A stretch of DNA of 64,000 bases from Catajapyx aquilonaris (lineage: Eukaryota), in assembly GCA_000934665.2 (NCBI GenBank), contig KZ538048.1, positions 1-64,000 on the forward strand, written 5' to 3'. Under the pieces are notes generated by a model, which saw nothing but the letters and a program-made list of their open reading frames with translations, was not told where the DNA came from and searched no databases. Within the stretch, counting starts at the first letter, position 1, and each line of letters opens with the position of its first letter. Positions 1-10,447 of this stretch are shown here, one piece after another. The translations under genes were made by a program, and so were the position numbers.

Positions 1-326
1 GCATTATTTACCAAGACACAGCCTTTTTAGTGCAGTTGCCAATGCTGCTTATGGGGGGCTGGTTGGGCGGGGTGGATGTCACGGATTCCTGGGGACGCCG
101 TAGGTGCTGGATATCTCGGTTCATTTCACCATACACATTGTTTTTAATGATTCAAATAAAAAAGACGCCTCATCCATCAAACAAACCTGCCGTAGAAGTT
201 TCATTTGTTCAGCCTCCTAGTGTGCGAATGCGAAGTCTTGAATGAGATGCCCAGCCCCCCTAAAAAGCCCCCCTAGCCCCCCTAGCCTCCCTAGAAGCTC
301 AGATCTTACCCCGATTGACTTTTTTG

Positions 327-560
327 CATGGCTGCACAAATAAACTAAACTAAACTGAAAGAAACGTATTGCGTTTCTGTTCACAGAAACGATTCTGGAA
401 CCGAAACGAAATGCAGGAACGAAATGCTGGAAACGAAAGTGAATGAAACAATACTCCGGGTTCTGGGAACTAAACGATTCGGGAATGGAAAGTGATTTAG
501 GTAACCACTGACATGGTTACCGAACCGATTTGGTTTCTGTCCGAACTTGGACTGATGAAC
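327..560. repeat. GAAACG/GAAC-rich degenerate repeat, likely hAT-type element remnants
   Basis: Multiple GAAACGA/GGAAC motifs; palindrome GGTAACCA-ctgaca-TGGTTACC at 500-521 resembles two abutting element ends. Confidence 0.4.
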
Positions 561-765
561 ATTTCGTTTCCTGTGGCATGAGCTATGACGTAGCTGTAAC
601 CAGCGTGCCGTTCCATTGCGGCCGCGTTGGGACGTACCGGTACCTGCAGTGTTGGCTGCCCGTGGTGAAGGAGGCCGACTTGCGACTCATGCTCGTGTTC
701 TCGCCATGTTATTTATTTCCGTTCTCCTGGCGTGTCACGTGTCACAGGCTTCACTGTTCGGAGTT

Positions 766-1043
766 CGGATAGAGAATTTTTTTCTGGGGGGGGGGGGGGG
801 NNNNNNNNNNNNNNNNNNNNNNNNNNNNNNNNNNNNNNNNNNNNNNNNNNNNNNNNNNNNNNNNNNNNNNNNNNNNNNNNNNNNCCCCCCCCCCCCCCCG
901 GGTTTATTTTCTATTTTTTCATTTTTTTCCCTCTGGGGGAGTTCTGGGGGGGAGGGGGATTCCCCTGTGCCCAAGGAACAGTGAATAGGCCAAAGGCCTC
1001 TAATTCTCTCATCTTTGCCTGTGCCCCCCTAAATCCGCCACTG
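766..1043. mobile_element. Probable hAT-type MITE spanning the assembly gap
   Basis: Right end CCCCCCTAAATCCGCCACTG resembles hAT MITE termini; left end is degenerate and no TSD is identifiable. Confidence 0.35.
801..883. other. Assembly gap (83 N)
   Basis: N run between poly-G and poly-C. Confidence 0.99.
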
Positions 1044-1070
1044 CATGGAGGTAGGAAACTACGGAGGTGG

Positions 1071-1162
1071 TGTGACGTCACGATCTTGACACCTAAGTTG
1101 GTTCCCCCCTACTTTCTGGTCCATGGTAAGATGGCCGCCGTTCCAGATTAAGCCACGCCCCT
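1071..1162. promoter_or_regulatory. Candidate promoter motif cluster
   Basis: CRE palindrome TGACGTCA (1073-1080), YY1/Pho-like AAGATGGCCGCC and KLF/Sp-like GCCACGCCCC within 90 bp. Confidence 0.35.
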
Positions 1163-2273
1163 GGCACGATTTTTCATATGGATGGGGATAGGGGATAAAT
1201 ACCACCTCATCCCATATAGTATTCCTACTTCCATGGTTTGTGCTGATTCTCCTTGTACATGCGGGCTCGTCGTTTGTATATGAATGAATGTGCTCATCAT
1301 GACAGTGTCTCATTTGTGTTATTTGTGTTAATCGTAATCAAGGTTTCCGGAAACAAAGTAGGCTATAAACCTGTCTGAAACTGATTAACCGGGTGTTCCA
1401 CGAAGATAAAAGTGCCGCAGTTGGCAATGCAGCAAGTGGACTTATTGGTGTGGGAATCAAACGCAAAATACTTTCTGATGAAGTCTAATGGGGGTCGTCC
1501 ATACCTCTTCCCTTGGCCGTAACTCATCTTGAAACAATCTTTCGATGCAGCCTAGTCTCGTCACCAGCAGGATGGAGGTAGTCAAATAAGACCGAGGAGG
1601 CCATCGCACGCATGACAACGCTAATGATAATATTCCTTACTGCCAACCGTCCAGTATGGCCTGTAGGCTACTCTTGGCCAGGATTTCTCAAAATGTGGCA
1701 AACTGGCAACACAACATACCAGTGTGCTGCCTCTACGTAGGTGGCAGAGCACTGGTTTCAAATGGAGCTCATATCGAACAACTTATGGTAAGACCAAACC
1801 TTTAGACATTTCTTAGCATTTCAAAAGTTAAAATCATTTATATATAATTATGTCTAAATTTTCGAGTTACAGGGTTTTAAAATCCGGGCGTTCTTTTTTG
1901 ATCACACTGTATTGTCTATTAATTGGCGGACCCATCATCCGTGTGACGCTTCAAATCAATGACAGTAATGGTTTTAAATCATCGAGCAGCAGTGCTATCT
2001 GACCAGGAAGGGAAGCCCTTTTGCCTATTAGTATTTGAAGTTAGTGGCACCTGAATTGTCTGCTGCCAGAAAAAAAAAAAAAATCCAAGCCAGAAGTACG
2101 GTGCTGGACATTAATGGTGACGTCCTGGTGGTGACATGATGAGCCGCGCGGTGGCAGCAAGAGAATCAAGGTGATGAATTAGCAACCAATGCATCGCTTC
2201 GATTCGCTCTTTTGCCCCCAGAAGCTCATGGTGCCACAAGTATACAACACCATTGGGGCTGTTGGGCAGCATT

Positions 2274-2482
2274 CCCCAGTTTTGAAACCAGCAATGCTGG
2301 TATGCTGGTCTACTGAAAATTGGCACTGCAGGAAAAGTTCATGGCTACTCAACTTCCAGCAGAGACCAGCAAAGGATCGAGTAAAATCCCAGGGACCAGC
2401 AAAGACCAGCAGCCATTCCAGCAACACCAGTAAATTTTGCTGGTATTTGCTCAGTATTTGGTGGCTGGTTTCAAACCTAGGG
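2274..2482. mobile_element. Non-autonomous TIR element (CCC..GGG termini, CACTA/EnSpm-like)
   Basis: 19-bp TIR with 2 mismatches (CCCCAGTTTTGAAACCAGC), TT on both flanks, many internal CCAGCA/TGCTGG motifs. Confidence 0.65.
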
Positions 2483-2731
2483 TTGGCTGGGACAGTCCTT
2501 ACCCCCCATCCCCTTTAGTACCCAGCACCACATAAAGCATTGGAGGAGCTCCACCAGGTGATGCTAGTTGTGCGCAGCCATTATTTTTGAACACATACAA
2601 TAACACCTGATCACATTGTGACGATGAGTGCAAAATGCCACAAGAGGGGATGAAAAATCACACCATGGCCCTAAGTTTTATGAGTGCCTAAAGAACGAGC
2701 CGTTTGTCTATCTTGCACATGAGAACAGGTT

Positions 2732-3068
2732 GGTAAACACAGGCCAGTAAAATCACATTTTTGCAACACAAAAGACGCCTATCTGCAATATGAGGGGAGA
2801 GGAAATTAATGTCATAATGAGGAAGTTCCCTGGGACATGCCTTGCAAATGAGGTCTGTGCCAAGGCATGCAACACAGTTAGAACAAGCAAGACCAAGACC
2901 TGGGTGATAGGGCCAAGTATATGTGCCTGTAGTGTGACCCGACCGAGTGTGACACAGGAATGAAAAATCAATCTGGCCAGAATAATATTACCTGAATGAG
3001 TGGCCATCAGTCACGCCAGCAGCCTTCCGGTGGGGGCTGTTGGAGCAGCTGTTGGGGCGGCCCCTGGG
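2732..3068 (+). repeat. Dispersed direct repeat, copy A
   Basis: Aligns by eye with 9561-9857 (GTAAAATCACATTTTTG; AATGAGGTCTGTGCCAAGGCAT; GACCAAGACCTGGGTGA; TGACACAGGAATGAAAAATCAATCTG). Confidence 0.85.
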
Positions 3069-4969
3069 CGAACAATGGGGACCGATTCCTGTGGGAGGGA
3101 GGGCGAGTCAGAGACTCAGAGTCGGTCAACACATTCTTCCTTTGTTCAGGGGGGACGGGGGGTTCAACGGTGGCGACTGACGCCAAAGACGGTATGGAGT
3201 CACACTACACCAGAGAAAACACTATTACCGCATGTGTACCGCATAGTAGCAGCATTTGCCCCCAATGCAAATGCCTGGCCGAAGGTAGTCGCGCCTCTGG
3301 TGAAAATAGGTGGAAAATGTGTGACAGCATCATGCTCGATCATGCTTATAAAATTACCAGGCAATCCTGCCTGGTGCAGAGCTTATTGGTATTAACCACA
3401 GTAAGTCCACATCGTACGATTTTTATATTGTTAATTAACCAATAATGTCTGTGGTTAAGTTAAGTAGAGAGATCATATTGCCACGTCATTTGCGGGGGTG
3501 TGGCTGCGTCTGTTGCAAAGACAAGGTCATGCGTCTAGTTACGCCAGGTTTAGACTAAATATGGCCGCGCCCACATGGCACCGGCGAACAACTGGCTGTG
3601 CATTTGTTCATCAGCCGTCCCCAGCCGTCGCGTCGCCGACAGTGGACTGCAATTATTGCTCAGTAAGGTAAGTGGGGGCCATGCCATGCCTAATATATAT
3701 AATATAGCTATATATACTAAATAATGTTTAATCTAGATAATAACACTTAACCATACATTATTTTTTAATTTGTCTCCTGAAAAATTGTTATAATTCTTTG
3801 TTTGCGAGACACATTTACAATCTTTCGGACCTTTATTTCTAACGTCTTTTTCTTGGCGATGCACAGATAATAATCTTCACCTGGATCATCAGGAGTATAG
3901 TGTACTTTCACTTCACTGGCAATGGCACTCAGATGTTGCAGTACAATGAACAGTACTTGAGTAGTTGCTTGTTTTCATTGCGACATTGCCACGGCTCTAT
4001 ATCAACCAGGTATTCATGTACCGGTACTGTACAAGAGTGGCATGACAATAGCTGCAAGTTCTTGACCTCTGCATTTGAGTATAAATTGACCAAAACTATC
4101 TCTATTATAGATACTTCAAAAAACTTAAGATTATTGCACTTTTTCTGCCACCCTCTATGACACAAAAATTATGTGCACTCCTCAAAGTATGAAAGGGGAA
4201 AAAATGTTTTCTTTGACACTTGTGCTCAACAGAGCCCACATTTCCTTGAGCTATTACCTGGGTTGTAGTGAGCAAGTCAGTTTCTTTCCGCCTTTCCAAT
4301 CAACTGTAATACTCAGCAGTATCCACTGCCCTTAGGAAGAAACAAAATATATATGTGGTCTCCATTTGCCTGGGCAAATTCACTTAAAAACGACCATTAT
4401 TGTCTCACTGCTTTCCATGGTGCACGTAATTATTTACAGGGGAAAAAAGTATACTGTACCAAGAAAAATTAATTGGTCCATGAAGCCACATGAGCATGCG
4501 TTAGGTGATTAAATTTGGATTCAACCATTGCATTGCAATGGGCACAGCATTTACTCCCAACCATGCATCACTGCCCTTTGGGAGAGACGAAAGAGGAGTA
4601 TGATGTGGCACCCCACTGCTGCCAAACGATTCATCCCAAAATGTAACATGTCAAGGACTTGAAGCTTTGTTCAGTCTTTACTGACATCTTTGCAGGCTGT
4701 GACTTTTGGTCCCTTCTTCACCTGCAATGTCACATTCACGCAAATACTTGTATGTCAGTCATTAATCCGACCCTGCCATGGTTGTAGTGATTTTTACGAA
4801 GCCAAGCAACATCGCATCTCTCAACACGGAGTGAGACTGGAGGTTGCTTGACTTGGACCACCCTTCTTAATCTGGAGTATTTTCTCATTGAGCAACCCTG
4901 CAATCATCCCTCAAATGTTACTAAATACAAGTACAACCAACAATATTTCCTGAACAATTGCACGCAAAA

Positions 4970-5620
4970 TTACATTCTGTATACATTCTTCATGATGGTG
5001 GTCATGTTACACTTTTTGCAATGAACCGTTTTCGACCAGTCAGTGACATCATACGAGACGTCTAGGGGCAGTTTCGTCCCACACCGAAGACATATCTCGA
5101 TGCTTCCAATGATGATGAAAGTGTTCCCCTGTTCCTCGCATCTCTTGGCCTGCACTACTTCCATGCGTTTTTTCAATTCCCAGGATTCCTCCCCGGGCAT
5201 CCTGAACAAGGTCTTGCTCAATGGACCTGGTCTTCTAACGCCAGATTTTGTGGCTCCAACCTTCTTCCGGATGGGCCCAGTAGTAACAGTGGCAGTGTTG
5301 GTGGCAGTTGCATCTTTTGTCACCTTTCGCTGCGGCTTCCGGATGGGCTGAGTAGTAGTGGCAGCAGTGTTGGTCACAGGCACAGTGGCATTTTTTTTCA
5401 CCTTTTTTCCTACCTTGGCAGCTTCCTGCTCAATAACAATATCATAGTCTGAACTGGTTGACGAATCTCTCTCCGAACTGGTTATAAGAATGACCTCCAG
5501 GGCAGCTCCCTCTGAGCCCCCTGTTGAGGTGGATGCCACTGAAGCGGTTGACTCTGCCTTAGGCGGAGAGCTGTCAGGAATGTCATCCCGGACCATCTCC
5601 ACCCACGGCTGTGGTTTTGC
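4970..5620 (-). CDS. PIAS: PIAS-like terminal exon: SIM-like/acidic segment, Thr/Lys-rich repeat, C4 motif
   Basis: Strong acceptor ccttctcttttcgaag|GCA in phase with the preceding donor; 216 open codons to TAA. Confidence 0.78.
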   Translation of the reverse strand, partial: AKPQPWVEMVRDDIPDSSPPKAESTASVASTSTGGSEGAALEVILITSSERDSSTSSDYDIVIEQEAAKVGKKVKKNATVPVTNTAATTTQPIRKPQRKVTKDATATNTATVTTGPIRKKVGATKSGVRRPGPLSKTLFRMPGEESWELKKRMEVVQAKRCEEQGNTFIIIGSIEICLRCGTKLPLDVSYDVTDWSKTVHCKKCNMTTIMKNVYRM

Positions 5621-7680
5621 CTTCGAAAAGAGAAGGAATGCAATGAAACAAATAAAGCTGGTGACCAACAATTGCACAATTATGACCAATTGTAGACATT
5701 CACCACTGTGATTGAGTTGACGCTGTGCTCCTTCTTGATGATCAGGGTAGACCAACTCCCATCCCCGTGCAGCTGAATCTCATTGCCATCTTTGGATCCC
5801 AGTGCAGAGGATGCCAACACCTCATGGAAGTACCCGTCAATGACAAGGTTGTCAAAGAGGGCAGGCTTATTGCAGACGGGGCAGATCCACGTGGGCTTCC
5901 TCTCATTCATTTTAATATATTGGCTGGCGTCAAAGCACTGAAGGTGGGCGCAGGTGCTGGCTCGACACGGTACCTCCATTCGCAGCATTCCCAGGGGACA
6001 GGCCAATGTCACTCGAAAAGACGTAGTTTCTATCTCACAATCTGCATCCTCCTTCAGTTTCTCCTTAATCAGACCCCGGGTTATGTCTGCGTGCCGCACC
6101 TGTGATCAAAATCAATTCTTTTAATGTTGGGGCAAGGGGAACATACCTACTCAAAGCTAATTTCCTCTCTATACTCACCCCTTTGCTCCTGAGCTTGGAC
6201 AGGAGGTCGGCTGAACTTAGTCGCTGCACCAAGTAAGCTGACACAGTGTAGCTGAGGCCAAATTTAGGTGTCCAGGTGACGACGATGTGATTAGGAACGG
6301 TTGGGGATAGCTTCACTTGCTCTGTGATGTTTATTGGATGAGGAGGACGCTTGGGCTCTACCCCGTGCCAGTTAGTTGGGATGGGATTGGGCAGCGGAGT
6401 GATCTTTCCATTCACCTTCACGCAGAGAGACGGTGGTAAGCTATCTTCTTGCTCGCAGGAGGTCTCCAGCAAGCAGAATCTGAGCTGCACCTTAAAAGTG
6501 AGAAATCGCATCAGTTATTGTGCACACCCCAAAATACTTGTATTATCTTAACATTTAGGCCCGCATGTACCAACACACTGATTAGTTAGTCACACTGCCT
6601 CCAGCTCCGTACCTGTGTGAGAAAGTCCCTTTTCGACCCAGACTGCATGTCCCTGGAGGACATTATGTCAGTGGCCTGCTGGAGGGTGAGGTGAAACTGG
6701 AAGGTAGCCTCATGATAGCGGCGGCTAGCCCCTTGAGGCACCAGTGCTGTGGGCTTCACAAGTTCCGCTAAAACTTCGTAAAACGGAAGGCGAGTAAGTC
6801 GCACGTCTGGGTGAACCTAAAGGAAAATAAGGATTTAATTTGGAGTTCACAATAAGATTGAAATTTTTACACGACCCAAGCTACAGGGTGATTCTCTCGA
6901 ATGGAAACCCAAACATTCCTCAATAACATTTTAACTATGGTATGGCTCCCGATGAAAATTGACCTGTACTTACCTTGTATCGTCATGCCAAACAAGGTCT
7001 AACTAAAGAATATACCAAAATTGGTCCCCTTCAGCATCCAAGAATTTTTAAATCCGAGTTTGCATATTGCCGAAGACTCCTGCCAATTGAAGGCGGCGAT
7101 CCCATCCATTCCCACCTGTCCCTGCTTGGCGAGAGGGTATCTCAAGGCAACGGGACCGGGGCCTTGCGATCCCCTCTCACCAAGCAGGCGGCGGGCGGCA
7201 GTTGATCGAGCCATTCCCGCCGGCCATTCTGCAGAAGTCGGCAATATGCAGACTCGGATTTAAAAATTCTTGGATGCTGGAGGGGACCACTTTTGGTATA
7301 TTCTTTAGTCAGACCTTGTTTGGCATGATACAAGGTAAGTACATGTTAATTTTCATCGGGAACCGTACCATAGTTAAAAAGTTACTGAGGAATGTTTGGG
7401 TTTCCATTCGAGAGAATCACCCTGTATATCCTGCAGTTTCAAAACAATCTGACTGGTGGACAGGACCAATTACCAGGTAGGTATTGTGTCCAGCTGACGC
7501 CGAGTACATATGTGCAATGGGCCTGTTGGAGGTTGCCACGTTCCCTGCCGTCCCATATGGGTGTAGGTATGGGTTTCCACGCGTCTGCATAGCCCTGGAG
7601 CCCTGCTGGGTGGCATAGCTCAAATACCCCTTTGAGCTACTCATAGTTGAGGAGGATGACGAGTTCCTGTTGCTTGGCAT
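4970..7680 (-). CDS. PIAS: PIAS/Su(var)2-10-like E3 SUMO-protein ligase, 5 coding exons: join(7680-7474,6816-6613,6490-6179,6099-5704,5620-4970), about 589 aa from ATG 7680
   Basis: Spliced translation contains VHPDVRLTRLPFY, VQLRFCLLETSCEQED, KRPPHPINIT (PINIT motif), SP-RING CPLG..PCRASTCAHLQCFD..MNERKPTWICPVC and a SIM-like LEVILITSS. All four introns are GT-AG and phase 0. The true start codon is uncertain. Confidence 0.93.
5704..6099 (-). CDS. PIAS: PIAS-like exon, SP-RING (MIZ) zinc finger
   Basis: acag|GTG ... GTG|gtgaat; Cys/His pattern of the SP-RING is intact. Confidence 0.93.
6179..6490 (-). CDS. PIAS: PIAS-like exon, PINIT domain
   Basis: taag|GTG ... GGG|gtgagt; VQLRFCLLETSCEQED...PINIT...KLRSKG. 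Confidence 0.93.
6613..6816 (-). CDS. PIAS: PIAS-like exon, PINIT domain N-terminal part
   Basis: ttag|GTT ... CAG|gtacgg; 68 codons VHPDVRLTRLPFYEVLAELVKPT...DFLTQ. Confidence 0.92.
6884..7424. mobile_element. Tc1/mariner-type MITE (541 bp) with long TIRs, in a PIAS intron
   Basis: TA|CAGGGTGATTCTCTCGAATGGAAACCCAAACATTCCTC ... GAGGAATGTTTGGGTTTCCATTCGAGAGAATCACCCTG|TA; inverted arms about 190 bp. Confidence 0.92.
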
Positions 7681-7725
7681 GTCAAGCTTGCTGGTGAGTG
7701 TGTTGAGTCTGAAGAACGGCCTTGC
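7474..7725 (-). CDS. PIAS: PIAS-like first visible exon (Ser/Tyr/Pro-rich linker; ATG at 7680)
   Basis: Acceptor tcttctgtag|G at 7725, open frame, donor CTG|gtaatt at 7473; phase 0 joins HNTYL|VHPDV. Confidence 0.75.
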
Positions 7726-7996
7726 CTACAGAAGAGGAGAATGGCTACTCTAGTCTTACAACCTGACCCCCTGGGGGACTGCACACGACCCCCAACATTA
7801 AGACAACGCACTTGCACAAGTGTCCCCTCCTCACAAATCCCTATCCTGATCCTTGTACCGGAGAGAAAAATGCGAAGGAAAAATTCGTAAGAAAAAAATG
7901 TGGTAATCCACTCCCCTAAAAGGGCTTCGTTCCCTCCAATAATGGTCTGTAAAAACAACAAGAGGGGTTCAGCAAGAATCAAGATTTTCTGGTTAA

Positions 7997-8143
7997 GGGC
8001 CGTTTTCTCGAACAGTGGTTCAAATGTAAACCGGGTTCAAAGCCAGTTTAATCCCGGATTTGATTGTTATTAGGCTGTTGTCAAGGGTTTAAACCGGCTT
8101 TGAACCGGGTTTACATTTGAACCACTGTTCGAGAAAACGGCCC
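7997..8143. mobile_element. PIF/Harbinger-type palindromic MITE (147 bp)
   Basis: GGGCCGTTTTCTCGAACAGTGGTTCAAATGTAAACC... near-perfect inverted arms of about 60 bp; flanks TAA / TTA. Confidence 0.85.
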
Positions 8144-8725
8144 TTAGTCACCCTGCCCATTGCTGGAGGCACACTACTGGAGAAAATAATGATTTTTTCA
8201 GCCATAACTTCATAGAAACATATTGATACTGGAATAGACTTGTACCTGGCAAGTACCACCTAGCTCGGATTTATACAAGTTCCCTTAACACTAAATGAAT
8301 TTGAGGCTGTGAATTATCTCCTTGTTAGCTGTAAGCACATTGACACTGATACCTATTACAATATGGGCTTAGAAGGCTGCAATGTGGTTTTGAAGGTATA
8401 CCAGGAGTTAACATTATTTATATTCATGAAGACCTTGTCACAATATAATGAGCTTCAAACACAAGATATAAAATCTCCAGTTAGTGTCCCTCTGTGCAAC
8501 CTAACCCTTTTCATTTAAATTCAAGTAATGATGCCAATAAGACTAGTGTAGAAGGCAATGAAAATGTCATAAGCTGTATCCACAACATAGAAGATGCTAT
8601 AATGTGCTTTATTAAATGCTACTTATCTGGGTAACTATGCTGCAGAGTTACAATAATCGTCTAGAACCTCTCTGCCATCCCACAAAGCAAAGGCATGCTA
8701 AATTTCCACACCCTGTATAATAGTA

Positions 8726-8889
8726 CAGGGCAACCCTAAAGTCTGGACACATAGGTAATTGGACTGTATTGTTGGTTGCCAGTTGTTCCAACGCAACCTT
8801 TACTGGCTGTCAACAATCTGCTAGTTGGCACAACTGGAAACCAACAATCCAGTCCAATTACCTATGTGTCCAGACTTATGGTCACCCTG
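8726..8889. mobile_element. Tc1/mariner-type MITE (164 bp)
   Basis: TA|CAGGG..AAGTCTGGACACATAGGTAATTGGACTG ... CAGTCCAATTACCTATGTGTCCAGACTT..CCCTG|TA. Confidence 0.87.
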
Positions 8890-9560
8890 TATAATAGTAA
8901 TAGTACAAATAATATAACAAATGTATAGTGTAGTGCCCCATGATGAGTACCTCAGAGACACCACAAAATAACACACGGGGAAGGGTATAAGAACCAATTT
9001 GGAACTGTATTCCAGGACAACAGGCTGCAAACGTCCGTCCCAAAGGACGTCAGGAATAGAACACTAAACAACGCAAAACAATCACTCAGGATCCCCTGAC
9101 CACATCAATAACGTAGTGACCTGGCTACCATCAACAGCCAGCTGCCTGGTCACCACAATAGTCTATAATGTAGTGATAGTGTATACAGTAAATTCCAGGT
9201 GTAACAAACTTCAAGGGATCTCGGAAACCTCTGAAAATATACTATGCTATGAATGCAACCCACAAGCCCTCTTCAGCAAAGCATAGGATTCGGGGCGGGG
9301 GGAGGGGGGGGGGGGAAGTGGTGTGGCCAAAATTTTGACTCAAAATAGTATATGTTTTATTATTAAGAGATTTGTTACAAGCAGTGGCAGTATAGCTGTG
9401 GACCCTTGCTCACAGTTGGCATTTTGTTTCATGGGGATAAAAATATGTTTTCACGTATAATGATGTCTAGATTCTGATGACAGCAAAATGTCAAAAGGGA
9501 ATGGTCCTGCGTTTCGAATCACCACTAGTGTGTGTCCCCCAAAAAAAATGAGCCAAGGGA

Positions 9561-9857
9561 GGTAAACCCATGCACGTAAAATCACATTTTTGAAAAACAA
9601 AAACCACCTGTCTGCAATGAGGGGAGAGAAAATGCACTAGAGGAAGTTCCCTGAGAGGTGGTGGGACATACCTTGCGAATGAGGTCTGTGCCAAGGCATA
9701 TGCAACACGGTTAGAACAAGCGAGACCAAGACCTGGGTGACAGGGCAAAGTAGCCGGGTGTGTCGGGCTGACACAGGAATGAAAAATCAATCTGCCCATA
9801 ATAATTACCTGAATCAGCCAGCCGATGGTGGTGGATGTTGCTGGCAGCCCCTGGGCA
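9561..9857 (+). repeat. Dispersed direct repeat, copy B
   Basis: Same blocks as 2732-3068, with indels. Confidence 0.85.
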
Positions 9858-10447
9858 GTGGAGAGGGCAAAGATGCGCCTGGAGAGATGCACATTGTATT
9901 GGCCTCTCACTAACAGTTCCAGTACTTGCCTGTTTAACATCCAAAATGTAGGTCTCTATGCCTTGTTCAAACTTCCTGCATTTTGCTGATGCCTGAGATT
10001 GCAGGGGATGGAGGACTTGTGGTGACTGATGGAACAGCCTGAATTAACTGAGGCTGATCAGGTTGAATGCAAGAAAGCAATATACCACCTCCTGGGAACG
10101 GAAGCTCGGTCTGAGGTACTGCCTGCTCAGAACAATAGACAATGGGGCAAAGGACCAAGAAGGTATGTAGGCTATTCATGAATGTTCAGGAATCTGTTGC
10201 CACGTTTGTCACCAATAGGAAGCAACTGCTTGATGACACACAAATTTTTCACTGCAGAGAAGAGCAATACAGGGCATTTTGGAAGGAGCTGGAGACTTAC
10301 CTGCGAGCTCATGGAAGGCCGCACAGGCACAGGAGGGTCCTGGAGTGTCTTATGGATTGCCGGAACAAACCCATGGAGGAAGACAGGGAAGAGTGTGTTG
10401 AGTTGGAACAAGCACTCAGGGAATTGGACAGGTTAGCTTCCAACTAA
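9825..10447 (+). pseudogene. Possible decayed or small unknown gene: reading frame with two TGA interruptions and a 56-bp intron
   Basis: Frame 9825-10162 is broken only by TGA at 9987 and 10023. AG|gtatgt (10163) ... aatag|G (10218) joins in frame to the helical ORF ending at 10447. No family recognised. Confidence 0.35.

Noticed and set aside
1780..1911. Solo Tc1-like terminus (..TTTTGATCACACTG|TA)
   Set aside because: No matching opposite end found.
6975..7480. Mirror-image ORFs (KQGLTKEYTK.GPLQHPRIFKSE on both strands)
   Set aside because: They result from the MITE's inverted arms.
9491..9940. QVLELL peptide as a possible SAP-domain remnant
   Set aside because: Surrounding residues do not match SAP in any frame.
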